Positions 35,197-45,150 of a stretch of DNA of 64,000 bases are shown one piece after another. The stretch is from a virus. Below the pieces are notes generated by a model. The model was not told where the DNA came from. It saw only the letters and a program-made list of their open reading frames with translations, and searched no databases. The translations under genes were made by a program, and so were the position numbers. Position 1 is the stretch's first letter. Each line of letters begins with the position of its first letter. Location of the stretch: positions 522 to 64,521 of IMG/VR virus record IMGVR_UViG_3300038829_000269, one strand, 5' to 3'.

Positions 35197-38100
35197 TCAG
35201 CAGTTGGGGCTCACGGTCCAGACCATGAACCCGGTGTAGAAATAGACGTAGGTCGGAGGAATCTTTGAGTCGATGTTCACCTTAGAGATTCGCGTGGAGT
35301 CGATCGAGTCGTTGACCACGAGCTTCATCTGCCCGGTGTTCGCCGGGTTCAGGACCGAGGCGGCCTGAGCCCTGAGGAACGCCTGCGCCTTGTTCTGCGC
35401 GTCCTCGAAGCTCGTGTCGCTACGCGAGATGTAGACGTAGATCACGGCGCCAAACGGGAAGCTGGTGATCTTGGACACGTCGGCGCCAGCCACCTGAAGA
35501 GCCTGGCGCGCGGAGTCCGGGAGCGTGGCGTTCGCCGTCAACGGGATGTCGAGCAGCGTCTTGATCGTCTTGCCGCCCATCACCGCGTTGAACGCCTTTT
35601 CCTGGAGGTCTGAGATCGCCTTCTGACCCTCGGCCAGCAGCTTTTTCTTGGCCTCGGCCTCAGCCTTGTTCAACTCGATCCCGAGCTTGGCCAGGGCCTT
35701 GGCGATCGCGGTCTCCGCGCTGTCGATCCCCTTGGTGATCGCCGTGCCGATCTGGTTCAGATAGTCGGAGAACGACTTGGACTTGGCCTTGCTCTTGTCC
35801 TTAGCCTTCTTCTCAACCTGATCCGGCTCGTTCTTCTTCGATAGCACTGTGCAATACGCGGTCTGCAACTTCTCGATCGCGCCGTTGATCTCCGAGGCGA
35901 GGAACAGGCGCGCCTTGGTCAGCAGGTTCGCCTTCGGCTTGTTCGCGGTGAACCCGAACTGGCTGGCGTCCTGCGGCGTCAGGTAGCTGGTGTTGCCCGA
36001 CGCGATATACTGGAGCTTGTTGTTCACCTCGCGCAGGAAGGCGTCGGCGTCCGCCCCGGTCAGGCTCTGGCCGAAGGCCGCCTTCATCTGCTCGACGACC
36101 GAGTCCGAGTCCTTGGCGTCGAGGGCGTAGCCAACGCTGCCCTGGTTCAGTGGCTCGGTCCACGGCCGCCCGTGCGTCAGTGTCAAGGTCGTGGTATAGC
36201 GCCCGCCCTGCGTGTAGTTGTGGGTCACGGCCGAGACGTAGTAGACCAAGATGTTCTTGAGCGCGGCGACCGCCCCGATGCTTGCGGCCGGGGAGAGCAC
36301 CGCGCCCTTGTTCACGATGTTCGCGGCGGTGGCCGCCACCGTTCCGAGCCCAGTCACGTCGCTGATCGACAACTGATTTTGGGCCACGTTTCGCATCGTT
36401 TGCTGCAAATTACCGACGAAAGCGACGGTGTTGCACACTCTGATCTCGGGGGTGCCGTTGATCGTGACGGTGGCCGACCGGAGGCGCGCGTTGCGCCGGT
36501 TCATCCAGGCGCGGGCGTATCCGTCGCGCGCCGTGTTCCGCGCCTTGTCCGTGAGCAGCTTCTGGTTCCCGGTCTTGGTCGCGGCCACTGAGTCCAGGCC
36601 GCTGAGGATCGGAACCGACTTCTTCTGCCAGCGCACGCCGTAGCGCTGGATCAGGGCGTCGGACGCCTGGATCAGGCTGTCGTTGCGGCGCAGCGCGTTG
36701 TAGGCGATCGTGTCCGGGATGAAGCTCGGCTGCGAGTGAACCTCGACCACGGTCAGGACCTCGGCCTCATCCACGTTGTGCGACTCGCTCTCGATGTCGA
36801 TATCCTCGATCAGATACTGCGGGGCGAACGGATTGAGGAAGTAGAGAGGCGGGTGATAGTTGACCACGCCCAGGCCGTCGACGTAGAACTCGAACTCGGT
36901 CACGTCCGCGACCTCGCGGCAGATGTCGAACTTGGTCCTGGCGTCGGTCTCCCACAGGCGGAAGGCGTTCTTGAACTGGCTGGCGTATGGCGCCCACCGC
37001 GTGAGCAGGTCCTCGAACAGGTTGAGCTTGATGTTCTCGAAATCGGAGGCCAGGCTCACGACGTTCGACGTGGTCGTGAACTTGGGGATGGTCTGGGTGC
37101 CGGACGCCTGGACCTCGACCTTGGACAGGACCTCGACCTGGCTCAGGCCGAGGATCGTGCCGGGCGATCCCTTGAGCAGGCCCTTGATCAGGTCGGCGCC
37201 CGTCTTGAACTGGGCGGACTGGAGCACGTTCTGGAACGGCGTGACGTTTATCCCCGCCGCGCGGAAGCTCGGGTCGAGCGCCGGGTCCACGTTGACGCGC
37301 GCCAGGCGCAGGACCTTGCCCACGTCCTCGGCCTGGACCGTGACGCCGATCGTGCTCCCGACGTAGCTCACGCTCGTCTTGGTCACGAACCCGGTGAACA
37401 CCGGGGCGTAGTCGCCGGGGAACGTGCTGCCGGTCGACAGCTTCTTGCGGCCCCAAATCTGGATCATGTCGAACGGCTGGATCGTGGTCTCGCGCAGGTT
37501 TGATTTGAGGATGCCCAGGGTGCTGGACGGGATCGAGCGGCCCGCCTGCTCCAGCGTCGAGAGCGAGAACACGTCCTCCGAGTTGAAGCCCATGAACAGA
37601 TCGGGCGTCAGGCTGTTGGACGCGAGCGGCAGGTGGAACGCGACGCTCGCGGTCCCGGGCTGGCCCAGGCGGTTGAGCGACGTGTCGACCTTGTAGGGGC
37701 CGAGCAGGCAGTCGAGCAGGATCGGCTCGTAGAACGGCCTGAGCGGAGACGAGGCGTTGAGCACCGAGAGGTCGGCCTGCAAGTCCTGGGCGCGCTGCAA
37801 CTGCTGGGAGCGCAGCGTGTTTAACTGGCTGATCTGCGCCTTGTTCCCGGTGCTCGGCGCGCGGAAGCTCAGGATCGAGTCGATGGTGGCCGAGACCCGG
37901 ACGCGCAGCGCCTTCTCGTCCTCGGGCAGCAGGTCGCCGCCGATCAGCAGATCGAGGTCGGAATTGAGCGATTTAACCCAGTTCTTCTCGATCGCGATCA
38001 GATCGGGGAGCGTCGCCAGGTTCTGGTCGACCAACGCCTTGGTCTGATAGAAGTGGGAGCGGTCGCGCACTATCGGCGGGTCTCCGATCGTCGAGACGCC

Positions 38101-38718
38101 GGGCAGCGAGCCGGGCGTGTTCGGGATGTTGGTCCCGGGCACGGTCGACCCGCTGATGTTCGCGGCCTTGGCCTGCGAGTAGGTCACGGGGTCGTTCTGC
38201 GTCTTGAAGAAGAAGGCCGACTCCTGGGCCAGGGTCGTGGACACGCCGGTGGGCAGCGTCTGGCGCAGGCCCCCGGCGTTGCTCGGGTTCACGGGGCCGA
38301 CGAAGCCCGGCGGCAGACTGATGGCCTGGAGCGTCTGGTCGATCGCCGAGATCGCGGTGTTCGTGTCGGCCAGCGCCTGGGTCTTGGCCACGATCGTCGC
38401 GCGGAAGTCGGCAGCGACCTTCACCGCCTTGGCCTTGACCCGGTCGCGGAAGTCCTTCGGGCTGTAGTTCTCGAACAGGGTGTCGATCAGCTTCTGGACA
38501 TTGGCCCGGAACTCGGTGTCCGACTTCGAGGTGTTGGCCGCCGTGATCAGCGAGTTGACGTTCGGCGACTTCGTCTGGTCCTGGTTCGCAGCCGAGGGGA
38601 AGCCCGCCAACTGGGAGGGGGAGAATAGGGAGTTGGAGTCGCGGCCGAGTTCTCCCGGCACCACGAGGCGCCGGAAGAAGACCTTGAAGTCGTGACCCTG
38701 GACTCTGGCTTCGGCCAT
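35197..38718 (-). CDS. baseplate hub protein (T4 gp27/Mu gp44-like), 1173 aa
   Basis: I.PFD.I.IW..., PVFTGFV, EFYVDG.G.V.Y.PP, .RYG.R, ATVTING.PEI, YYV.AVTH.Y....YTT.L.L. Confidence 0.82.
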   Translation of the reverse strand: MAEARVQGHDFKVFFRRLVVPGELGRDSNSLFSPSQLAGFPSAANQDQTKSPNVNSLITAANTSKSDTEFRANVQKLIDTLFENYSPKDFRDRVKAKAVKVAADFRATIVAKTQALADTNTAISAIDQTLQAISLPPGFVGPVNPSNAGGLRQTLPTGVSTTLAQESAFFFKTQNDPVTYSQAKAANISGSTVPGTNIPNTPGSLPGVSTIGDPPIVRDRSHFYQTKALVDQNLATLPDLIAIEKNWVKSLNSDLDLLIGGDLLPEDEKALRVRVSATIDSILSFRAPSTGNKAQISQLNTLRSQQLQRAQDLQADLSVLNASSPLRPFYEPILLDCLLGPYKVDTSLNRLGQPGTASVAFHLPLASNSLTPDLFMGFNSEDVFSLSTLEQAGRSIPSSTLGILKSNLRETTIQPFDMIQIWGRKKLSTGSTFPGDYAPVFTGFVTKTSVSYVGSTIGVTVQAEDVGKVLRLARVNVDPALDPSFRAAGINVTPFQNVLQSAQFKTGADLIKGLLKGSPGTILGLSQVEVLSKVEVQASGTQTIPKFTTTSNVVSLASDFENIKLNLFEDLLTRWAPYASQFKNAFRLWETDARTKFDICREVADVTEFEFYVDGLGVVNYHPPLYFLNPFAPQYLIEDIDIESESHNVDEAEVLTVVEVHSQPSFIPDTIAYNALRRNDSLIQASDALIQRYGVRWQKKSVPILSGLDSVAATKTGNQKLLTDKARNTARDGYARAWMNRRNARLRSATVTINGTPEIRVCNTVAFVGNLQQTMRNVAQNQLSISDVTGLGTVAATAANIVNKGAVLSPAASIGAVAALKNILVYYVSAVTHNYTQGGRYTTTLTLTHGRPWTEPLNQGSVGYALDAKDSDSVVEQMKAAFGQSLTGADADAFLREVNNKLQYIASGNTSYLTPQDASQFGFTANKPKANLLTKARLFLASEINGAIEKLQTAYCTVLSKKNEPDQVEKKAKDKSKAKSKSFSDYLNQIGTAITKGIDSAETAIAKALAKLGIELNKAEAEAKKKLLAEGQKAISDLQEKAFNAVMGGKTIKTLLDIPLTANATLPDSARQALQVAGADVSKITSFPFGAVIYVYISRSDTSFEDAQNKAQAFLRAQAASVLNPANTGQMKLVVNDSIDSTRISKVNIDSKIPPTYVYFYTGFMVWTVSPNC

Positions 38719-39455
38719 TAGAAGAGTTGGACCCCCCAGCCTTTACCGAACTGATAGTCCTCGGGCACGATCGAGATGTCGGACTGGTTGCCGTTCACGT
38801 TGAAATTGTTTCCGATGTTCACCACGTTGCTGATCAGGTTCGTGAGGTTGTTTCCGACCATGAACGACACGTTCTGCGTCACGACGAACGTGAAGCTATA
38901 GGTGAACTGGAACGGAGTCTGCGACGAGAGCGTGTAGCTGAAATCGGTGAAGTAGCCCTTGAGCGCCTGGCTCTCGAACAGCATCCCGATCAGGGGCGCG
39001 CCCTTGAACGGGAGGTTCGGGTCGAAGCGGCTCTGGTAGCACTGTCGCTTCAGAAGCTCGAAGGCGGCGAGCGGGTGCTTGCTGATCTCGAAGTAGGCGG
39101 TCGCCGCCTTGACCTCGATCACCTCCAGGTCGTGCCCCCAGAACTGGACGACGAACCCGCCGCGCGTCTGCTTCTTGTCGAGCAGGACGTGCTTGTTCAC
39201 CTGGATAGACTCCGGGTTGAGGAAAAGCTGGACGACGGGATTGCGCGCCTGCCCCACCAGATAGTCCAGGTTCTGGAACTGGGACTGGAAGGCCTGAAAC
39301 TTGTCGCTGAGGCTCGCGCCCGGCGCCGGGTTCTTGAAGAAGTTCTTGAGATCGGTGAGGTTCCCGGTCACGCCGCTCTGCCCCTGGAGGAATGGGATCA
39401 GGTCGGTGAACGCCATCTTCGTCACCTGGAGGCTGGAGAGGTTGAGGGTTCCCAT
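38718..39455 (-). CDS. tail tube initiator/baseplate protein (gp48/gp54-like)
   Basis: LFLNPESI, QTRGGFVVQFWG, GYF.DFSY...PF.F.Y.F.F; position after the tape measure. Confidence 0.72.
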   Translation of the reverse strand: MGTLNLSSLQVTKMAFTDLIPFLQGQSGVTGNLTDLKNFFKNPAPGASLSDKFQAFQSQFQNLDYLVGQARNPVVQLFLNPESIQVNKHVLLDKKQTRGGFVVQFWGHDLEVIEVKAATAYFEISKHPLAAFELLKRQCYQSRFDPNLPFKGAPLIGMLFESQALKGYFTDFSYTLSSQTPFQFTYSFTFVVTQNVSFMVGNNLTNLISNVVNIGNNFNVNGNQSDISIVPEDYQFGKGWGVQLF

Positions 39456-39458
39456 GGT

Positions 39459-41408
39459 TTATTGCGCGAGAGACGCGGCCCTCCACTGTTCGTCGACTTT
39501 CTGAAGGACCTCGTCCTTGAGCTTGTCCATCGCGGCGCCGACCTCGGCGCGCAGCGAGCCGCGCTCGCCCACCTGGATGCTGATCCCGCCCAGGCTGACC
39601 GACGCGCCGCCCCCGCCCTGCCCGCCGCGAGAGACGCGCTCGCCCGCGTGCAGGTAGTAGGCGCCCTCTTCGGGGATCACGCCGCCCGAGGCGCGCGAGC
39701 CCATGATCCGGCCCATGCGCTTGGCCTGGTCCTGGCTGATGTAGTTTTCTTCGCCCGCGCCGGTCGCCCCGGCCACGGCCTGGCGCAGGGCGCCGAGCAT
39801 CCCGTGCTGCTTGATCGTGTCGCTGATCTGGTTGGTCGCCGTGTGGAACTCGCGGACCGAGTCGTTGAACTGCTTGGACGCGCCGTCATAGAGCTTGGCG
39901 TTGGCCGCCGCGTCCTCGCGCATCTGCTCGGCCACGGACTTGGCGCTCATCGACGCGGCCTTCTGCTCGTCGGCCGACGCCTGGTGCTTGACCACAGAGT
40001 TCCCGAACAGGTCGACGATCCCGTCCATGTTCTTGATCGAGGGGCCGAGCGTGGACAGGACCTGGCTGAAGACCAGCATCTGTGTGTCACGCGATCCGCC
40101 GCCGCCCTTGGCCAGGGACTCGGAGATCGTGCGGGGGAGGTCGGAGAGCGCGGCCTTCTCCTCGGCCGAGCCCGACTTCCTGATCTCGACCGCGCGGAAG
40201 ATGTTGGCCGCCGCGTCCCCCGTCATCTTGAGCTTGGCGGCGGCCTCGGGCGCCACCTGGCCGAGCAGCGCGAAGATCGCGGCCTGCTTCTCGATCGACT
40301 GGGACTGGGTGTCGGTAAGCGCGATCACGTCCTGGATGCTCAGCGTTCCGCGCCGAAGCTCGTCTCCGTAGCGTCCGGCCGCGAACAAAACCTGCTCGAA
40401 GCTCGTGCCCAAAGAGCGCGAACCGTTAGACAAATCGTTGAAATTCTTCAGGAAGTAATCCATCTGCTGTCCGCTCGCGCGACCGCTGCGGATCACCTTG
40501 GCGAAGGCCTCGTCGAACTCCTCGCCCGTCCTGGAGAAGCGGGTTCCCAACTGGGTGCCGGTCTGGGCCAGCGCCGAGAGGTCCGCGCCGAACGCCTTGT
40601 GCGCGGCGGCCAGCGTCCCGACCTCGCGCTCGTAGGTCGCGGTCACCTGGGATGCGCTGCTCAACCCCGCGTTGCTCCGGTCGATCAGCACCCCGGCCTT
40701 GGACAGGGCGAGGGCCAGACCACCGGCCTCCTTCTCCGAGAGGTTGAACTGGGTCCCGGCCTTGAGCACGGCGTCCGTCCCCTGACGGATCGCGTCCGCG
40801 TTGTCCTTGGCCCGGATGCCCTGCTGGAGGAACACGTCGGTCGCCGACTTCTGGGAGTCGGCCGCCGCGTCCAGCGCCGCGACCACGGCCATGGCCGAGA
40901 CCGAGAACACGCTGAGCGCCGGACCCGCGACCTTGAGCGCCGAGGCGAAAGCCCCGACCTCTCCCTGGGCCATGGACGACATCTTCGTGCCCAGGGCGCC
41001 GACGCCGGACAGCGTGCTCTTCAGAAGCTCGCCGCCCGAGCCCGAGGACAGGATGGCGCCCATCGACTGGATGGCACCAATCGTCTCGCCCACGGTCTTG
41101 CCCAGCTTCTCCTGATCCTTCTGCGCGTCGCGCGCCGTCTTGTTCACCTTGTCGAAGGCGTCGAGCGCGCGGCGCACCGCCTCGCTGTTGTCCCGGTTGT
41201 CGAGAGCCAACTGCCGCAGGTTCCTAGAGCACTCGGCGATCACGCGCGTGAACTCGACGAGGGAAAGGTTCCCCTCCTCGTAGTTCTTCTGCGCCCGCTC
41301 AACCTCCTGGTTGAGCAGCGATAGTTTGGCCTCGACCTGCTGGACGCCGGGGACCTCGTTCGGTCCCGCGAACCCGTCCGGCAAGCCCTGCGGTGCTGCC
41401 TCAGCCAT
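39459..41408 (-). CDS. tape measure protein
   Basis: 649 aa, Ala/Gly/Ser-rich helical; C-terminal ASGG.I...G..YLHAGERV motif; follows the tail chaperone. Confidence 0.85.
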   Translation of the reverse strand: MAEAAPQGLPDGFAGPNEVPGVQQVEAKLSLLNQEVERAQKNYEEGNLSLVEFTRVIAECSRNLRQLALDNRDNSEAVRRALDAFDKVNKTARDAQKDQEKLGKTVGETIGAIQSMGAILSSGSGGELLKSTLSGVGALGTKMSSMAQGEVGAFASALKVAGPALSVFSVSAMAVVAALDAAADSQKSATDVFLQQGIRAKDNADAIRQGTDAVLKAGTQFNLSEKEAGGLALALSKAGVLIDRSNAGLSSASQVTATYEREVGTLAAAHKAFGADLSALAQTGTQLGTRFSRTGEEFDEAFAKVIRSGRASGQQMDYFLKNFNDLSNGSRSLGTSFEQVLFAAGRYGDELRRGTLSIQDVIALTDTQSQSIEKQAAIFALLGQVAPEAAAKLKMTGDAAANIFRAVEIRKSGSAEEKAALSDLPRTISESLAKGGGGSRDTQMLVFSQVLSTLGPSIKNMDGIVDLFGNSVVKHQASADEQKAASMSAKSVAEQMREDAAANAKLYDGASKQFNDSVREFHTATNQISDTIKQHGMLGALRQAVAGATGAGEENYISQDQAKRMGRIMGSRASGGVIPEEGAYYLHAGERVSRGGQGGGGASVSLGGISIQVGERGSLRAEVGAAMDKLKDEVLQKVDEQWRAASLAQ

Positions 41409-41814
41409 TCGTTCCTCCAGCCTGCTTCTGCGCCATTTCCTGCCGCATCTTCTCTAGGATCGGTCCGGCCTGATCCATGATCGCCTTCGACTGCTCGATC
41501 ATCTTCTTGACCTTCGCCTCGTGATCGAAGTCCGTGACCTTCTTGGTCGCGATCTCCATCTTCCCGTTGCGAACGACCGATTCGACAACCGGCTTCTCCG
41601 CCGTCGGCTGGTCTCCGCTACCGACCAGGAGCTTGGCGATAAACTCCAAGCCCTCCCACGTCGCCTTCCGGTCCCGCTCGTCATCCTGCATCGCGCACAG
41701 GAAGTGGATTCTCTTCTCCCAGTCCGGCAGAGCCTCGAACGCTGCGAGCGAGATTTTAAGCGCCCCGATTACTTTCCAGCGCCAGAAGGCGTAGTCGGGG
41801 ACCCGGCGTTTTTT
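41401..41814 (-). CDS. tail assembly chaperone GT extension (translated via -1 frameshift)
   Basis: Open -1 frame RRVPDYAFWRWK...QAGGTNG without its own start, beginning at slippery A AAA AAC (41814-41808). Confidence 0.75.
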   Translation of the reverse strand, partial: KKRRVPDYAFWRWKVIGALKISLAAFEALPDWEKRIHFLCAMQDDERDRKATWEGLEFIAKLLVGSGDQPTAEKPVVESVVRNGKMEIATKKVTDFDHEAKVKKMIEQSKAIMDQAGPILEKMRQEMAQKQAGGTNG

Positions 41815-42179
41815 TCCGCTTCGGCGATCGCGTCGTCGCGCCTCTTCTCCAGCTTCTCCAGTTCGGCGTAGACCTTGGCCACGACCGGCGGCTGCCACTT
41901 CCAGATCACGACCCTGGCCTTCGCCACCTGGGTCATGCCCTTGGCCTGCTCGTCGGCCGACAACGAGAAAGGCACGCCGTCGATCGTCTCGATCGAGCGT
42001 GCCAGTTTCTCCAGCTTCAGAACGTCGCGCCGGGTCTCGTTGTCGAACAGCCCGGACGACGACTTGGCCGAGGCTTCCTGATCCGAGTCCAGGGTCTTCA
42101 TCACGAACTTGCGACCCAGGATCGTTACCGTCTCTTTCACGCTGCCCAAAAGGGCAAGCTCTTCTGCCGGTGAAGTCAT
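41769..42179 (-). CDS. tail assembly chaperone (gpG-like)
   Basis: 136 aa between tube and TMP; AAGGAGG RBS; ends AEKNAG... Confidence 0.8.
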   Translation of the reverse strand: MTSPAEELALLGSVKETVTILGRKFVMKTLDSDQEASAKSSSGLFDNETRRDVLKLEKLARSIETIDGVPFSLSADEQAKGMTQVAKARVVIWKWQPPVVAKVYAELEKLEKRRDDAIAEAEKNAGSPTTPSGAGK

Positions 42180-42257
42180 GAGACCTCCTTTGATCTTGGG
42201 CCCGGCTTCTCACCGGACCCCATGAATTTTTGTGCGACGGGTGCCAACGGTGCTGCT

Positions 42258-42881
42258 TTACGCCGACTTGTTCACGACCTCGATCTTGTCCGACGTGATC
42301 GAGAGACCGTCCTTGGTGCTGGTGCGCTGGGCCTTGATGTCCATGGCCTCGACCGTGAGCAGGTCGCCCGAGCCGATGACGGGCCGGGTGAAGCGCGTGA
42401 TCCAGCAGTTGTGGTAGGTCGTGATCATGACCTTGGTGTCGTCGAGCGGGCTCTGCTCGTTCAACTGGCACTGGAACCCGATCGGCATGTCGGCCAGCGA
42501 GCGGATGTCGGCCAACGAGTGCCCCGCACCCAGGCGCTTCTGCACCCAGATTTGGAGCGCGGTCTTCGTGTCGTCCAGGCTCAGACCGGCGGCGGCCGAG
42601 ACGCCCGCGAGGTTTCCGCTCGCCACGGCCATCGCCACGATCCCGACCATGGTCGCGCCGTAGATCGCGACGTGCTCCAGCGCGAGCGTCACGGGCTCAG
42701 GCTGGCCGGGGGCCATCTCGACGACGCCCACGGTCCCGATCTCGTAGATCGGGTTGACGGGGCGCGCCTGCGTCTCGGTCACGCGCTTGGCGTAGCCGAT
42801 GGTGAACGAGCCGATCTGAAGCTCGACGTTGGGCGAAAGGACCGCATTGGTAACGGCCCTCGATCCGGTGATGTCAGCCAT
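42258..42881 (-). CDS. tail tube protein
   Basis: IG........R...IYEIG...VE..PG; ITTYHNCWI; directly after the sheath. Confidence 0.82.
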   Translation of the reverse strand: MADITGSRAVTNAVLSPNVELQIGSFTIGYAKRVTETQARPVNPIYEIGTVGVVEMAPGQPEPVTLALEHVAIYGATMVGIVAMAVASGNLAGVSAAAGLSLDDTKTALQIWVQKRLGAGHSLADIRSLADMPIGFQCQLNEQSPLDDTKVMITTYHNCWITRFTRPVIGSGDLLTVEAMDIKAQRTSTKDGLSITSDKIEVVNKSA

Positions 42882-42914
42882 AATTCTTTATCCTCCCTTC
42901 TTATCTCTGGGCCG

Positions 42915-44309
42915 TTAGACCAGGTTCAAGTCGATGCTGAAGTTGACGTTGATCTCCAGGACCTCGCCCGCAGGCAGGTAGGAGAACGAGACGCTGAACT
43001 TGGTGATCGAGTTCGGCAGCCGGTTGGCCTTGGACGGGGCGAAGGCCTGGATGTCGCCGGAGCCGCGCTCGTCTTCGAGTTCCGCGTCGGTGATGCGCTC
43101 GATCTGCGACGGGATGGACGGCGACCCGCGCAGGCCGATGATCGACGCCTTGAGGCGGCGCCGCACGCGACCGATGAGCACGTCGCGCGCCTCGACCGTG
43201 GGGATCGACTTCTCGATGTCGTTCGCGACGTTGACCGTCACGTCGTTGACCATCGAGATCGTTCCGCCCACGCTCTCGCAGACCATCGCGCCCACGTCGT
43301 CGAGCGTGTCGATCTGCGTCGAGGAGAACGTCGACCGGTAGCCGTTGAACGCCGGGAGCAGCTTGTTGAGCGCGGGCTGCGACGCGACCTGCGTCGAGCG
43401 GAAGCCAGCGATCGCGGCGGCCTGGAAGAAGCCGTCGAGATTCACGTCCACCGGCCCCGAGTTCGAGGAGACACTGATCACCGGGTCGAAGTTGGCGGCC
43501 AGCGTGAGGCGACCGCTGTTCACCGAGTCCGTGCCCAGGGCCTGAGCGGCCGAGACCACGGTGTTGAACGTGGCGGTCGACTTCAGGCCGGTGTAGATGC
43601 GCCGCTCCTTGCGGAACTGCGGGTCTGCCATCTGGATGGCGTGGTTCAGGTAGGCGGCGTTCACCACGGACACGTCGCTGTCGCTGAGCTTGCCGCCCAG
43701 AGGCGTGATGTAGTAGGGGTCGATGTTCAGCGGCCCCACCGAGTTGATCATGTCGGCGAGCGCCCCGGTGAAGTCCGAGGCCACGGGCGAGCCCGCGACC
43801 GTCGGGTTGATCTGCTTGATGATCAGGGTCTGGGCGCCGATCCCGGGGCCCATCATGATCTGCGCGGCCATCGTGATGTAGGACGCGGGCGTGAGCACGC
43901 CGTTGATGTCCAGCGCCACGGGGCCGTAGGCGTTTAGGATGTCGTTGAAGTTCGTGAACAACTGCGGAGCGAAGTCGGCCGCGACCTTGGCGTATTTGTA
44001 GGTCACGAAATACTTCGCGCCGGTCACGGGCTCGACACCGGCCGGGGACCAGTCCACGTCGCCACCGGTCAGGATGTAGTCGGTGGTCGGCTGGTAGTCC
44101 GTGGTCGTCGAGAAGTTGCCGACGCGCAAAATCTGCGTGGCAACCTGCGAGAGGTTGTCCGTTCCGCCGCTCGCGCCCTTGGTCACCTGCTCGGTGACCG
44201 TGAACGTGATGGCTCCCTCTCCGACGATCGCGGGGACCCGAAGCGACGCCGCGAGCGGCGACGAGACGGGAGAGGACGAGAAGCTGCTGGTGACTCTGGG
44301 CCTGGGCAT
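42915..44309 (-). CDS. tail sheath protein (compact, 464 aa)
   Basis: PRPRV..., VPAIVG, AAAIAG, P.LNK.L..F, C-terminal V.F.Y.PA.....I.V.F. Confidence 0.85.
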   Translation of the reverse strand: MPRPRVTSSFSSSPVSSPLAASLRVPAIVGEGAITFTVTEQVTKGASGGTDNLSQVATQILRVGNFSTTTDYQPTTDYILTGGDVDWSPAGVEPVTGAKYFVTYKYAKVAADFAPQLFTNFNDILNAYGPVALDINGVLTPASYITMAAQIMMGPGIGAQTLIIKQINPTVAGSPVASDFTGALADMINSVGPLNIDPYYITPLGGKLSDSDVSVVNAAYLNHAIQMADPQFRKERRIYTGLKSTATFNTVVSAAQALGTDSVNSGRLTLAANFDPVISVSSNSGPVDVNLDGFFQAAAIAGFRSTQVASQPALNKLLPAFNGYRSTFSSTQIDTLDDVGAMVCESVGGTISMVNDVTVNVANDIEKSIPTVEARDVLIGRVRRRLKASIIGLRGSPSIPSQIERITDAELEDERGSGDIQAFAPSKANRLPNSITKFSVSFSYLPAGEVLEINVNFSIDLNLV

Positions 44310-44322
44310 TTGTTTACTCCTC

Positions 44323-45150
44323 CTATGGCAATGTGCTTACGGCCGTCCCCACGACGGAGACATCCGTGACCGTCTCCGCAAACTGGACGATGGCCTCGAA
44401 CTCGGTCCCGATCGAGACCGTGAATTTCGTCTGATACAACTTCTCGGCGCCGTAGTCGGGCTCAGCGAAACCGCTGAAGTCCACCTTGTAAACGACGATT
44501 CCGAGCTTTCGCAGCGCCTTCTTCTTCTCGAACCAGAGCACGGACTGGATGCGATCGCCAAGGAGTTGGCGCGTCGTCGTGTTACGCGCGCACCCCGTGA
44601 CCATCAACTTCATGTCATACCAGCCACCGAAGACCTGCCCGGTAGGATAGTTCGCGACCGACGCCTCGAAATTTTTGAGCGGGAAGCTCGCCTCGGGGCC
44701 GATGTTCGTTCCCGCCAACTCGACATAGTTGATCGGGGTGAGCGCCACGAGCTTCTGCTTGACCTCCAGGTTCCAGGGAGGAGGCGGGTTCATGCCCGTC
44801 GTGTCCCCGGTGTAGCGGAGGTTGAGCGTGCTGCCCACGACCAGCGCGAGCGGCACGTCGAAGGTCCTGAGCGTCTGGGTCCCGCCCGGCTCCTCGACCA
44901 GCGGAACGCCGAAGAACGGGCGCACGATGTCCCCGCCGATCCCGATCTGGCGCGAGGCTCCCGGCTGGCCGAGGACCACGACGCACGGGAAGTCGCGCTG
45001 CTGGTTGCCCCAGGTGTCGAGCACCATCGTCTCGTTCGAGCGCGAGGGCCCCGTCTTGTCCGGGGAGAAGAGCGGGTCGGACTGGAAGGCGTCCTTCAGG
45101 ACCTTGATCCCGGCCCTGGTCGCCGCATACGACAGGTTGACCACGGCCAT
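44323..45150 (-). CDS. tail terminator/neck completion protein
   Basis: Likely start MAVVNLSY at 45150 (TAATG coupling); FP..VV, GGWYD, R..L.D pattern; precedes the sheath. Confidence 0.65.
   Translation of the reverse strand: MAVVNLSYAATRAGIKVLKDAFQSDPLFSPDKTGPSRSNETMVLDTWGNQQRDFPCVVVLGQPGASRQIGIGGDIVRPFFGVPLVEEPGGTQTLRTFDVPLALVVGSTLNLRYTGDTTGMNPPPPWNLEVKQKLVALTPINYVELAGTNIGPEASFPLKNFEASVANYPTGQVFGGWYDMKLMVTGCARNTTTRQLLGDRIQSVLWFEKKKALRKLGIVVYKVDFSGFAEPDYGAEKLYQTKFTVSIGTEFEAIVQFAETVTDVSVVGTAVSTLP

Noticed and set aside
31665-44309. Sheath, tube and baseplate block as an eCIS, tailocin or T6SS
   Set aside because: It is contiguous with capsid, protease, scaffold, neck and lysis genes, so it is a phage tail.
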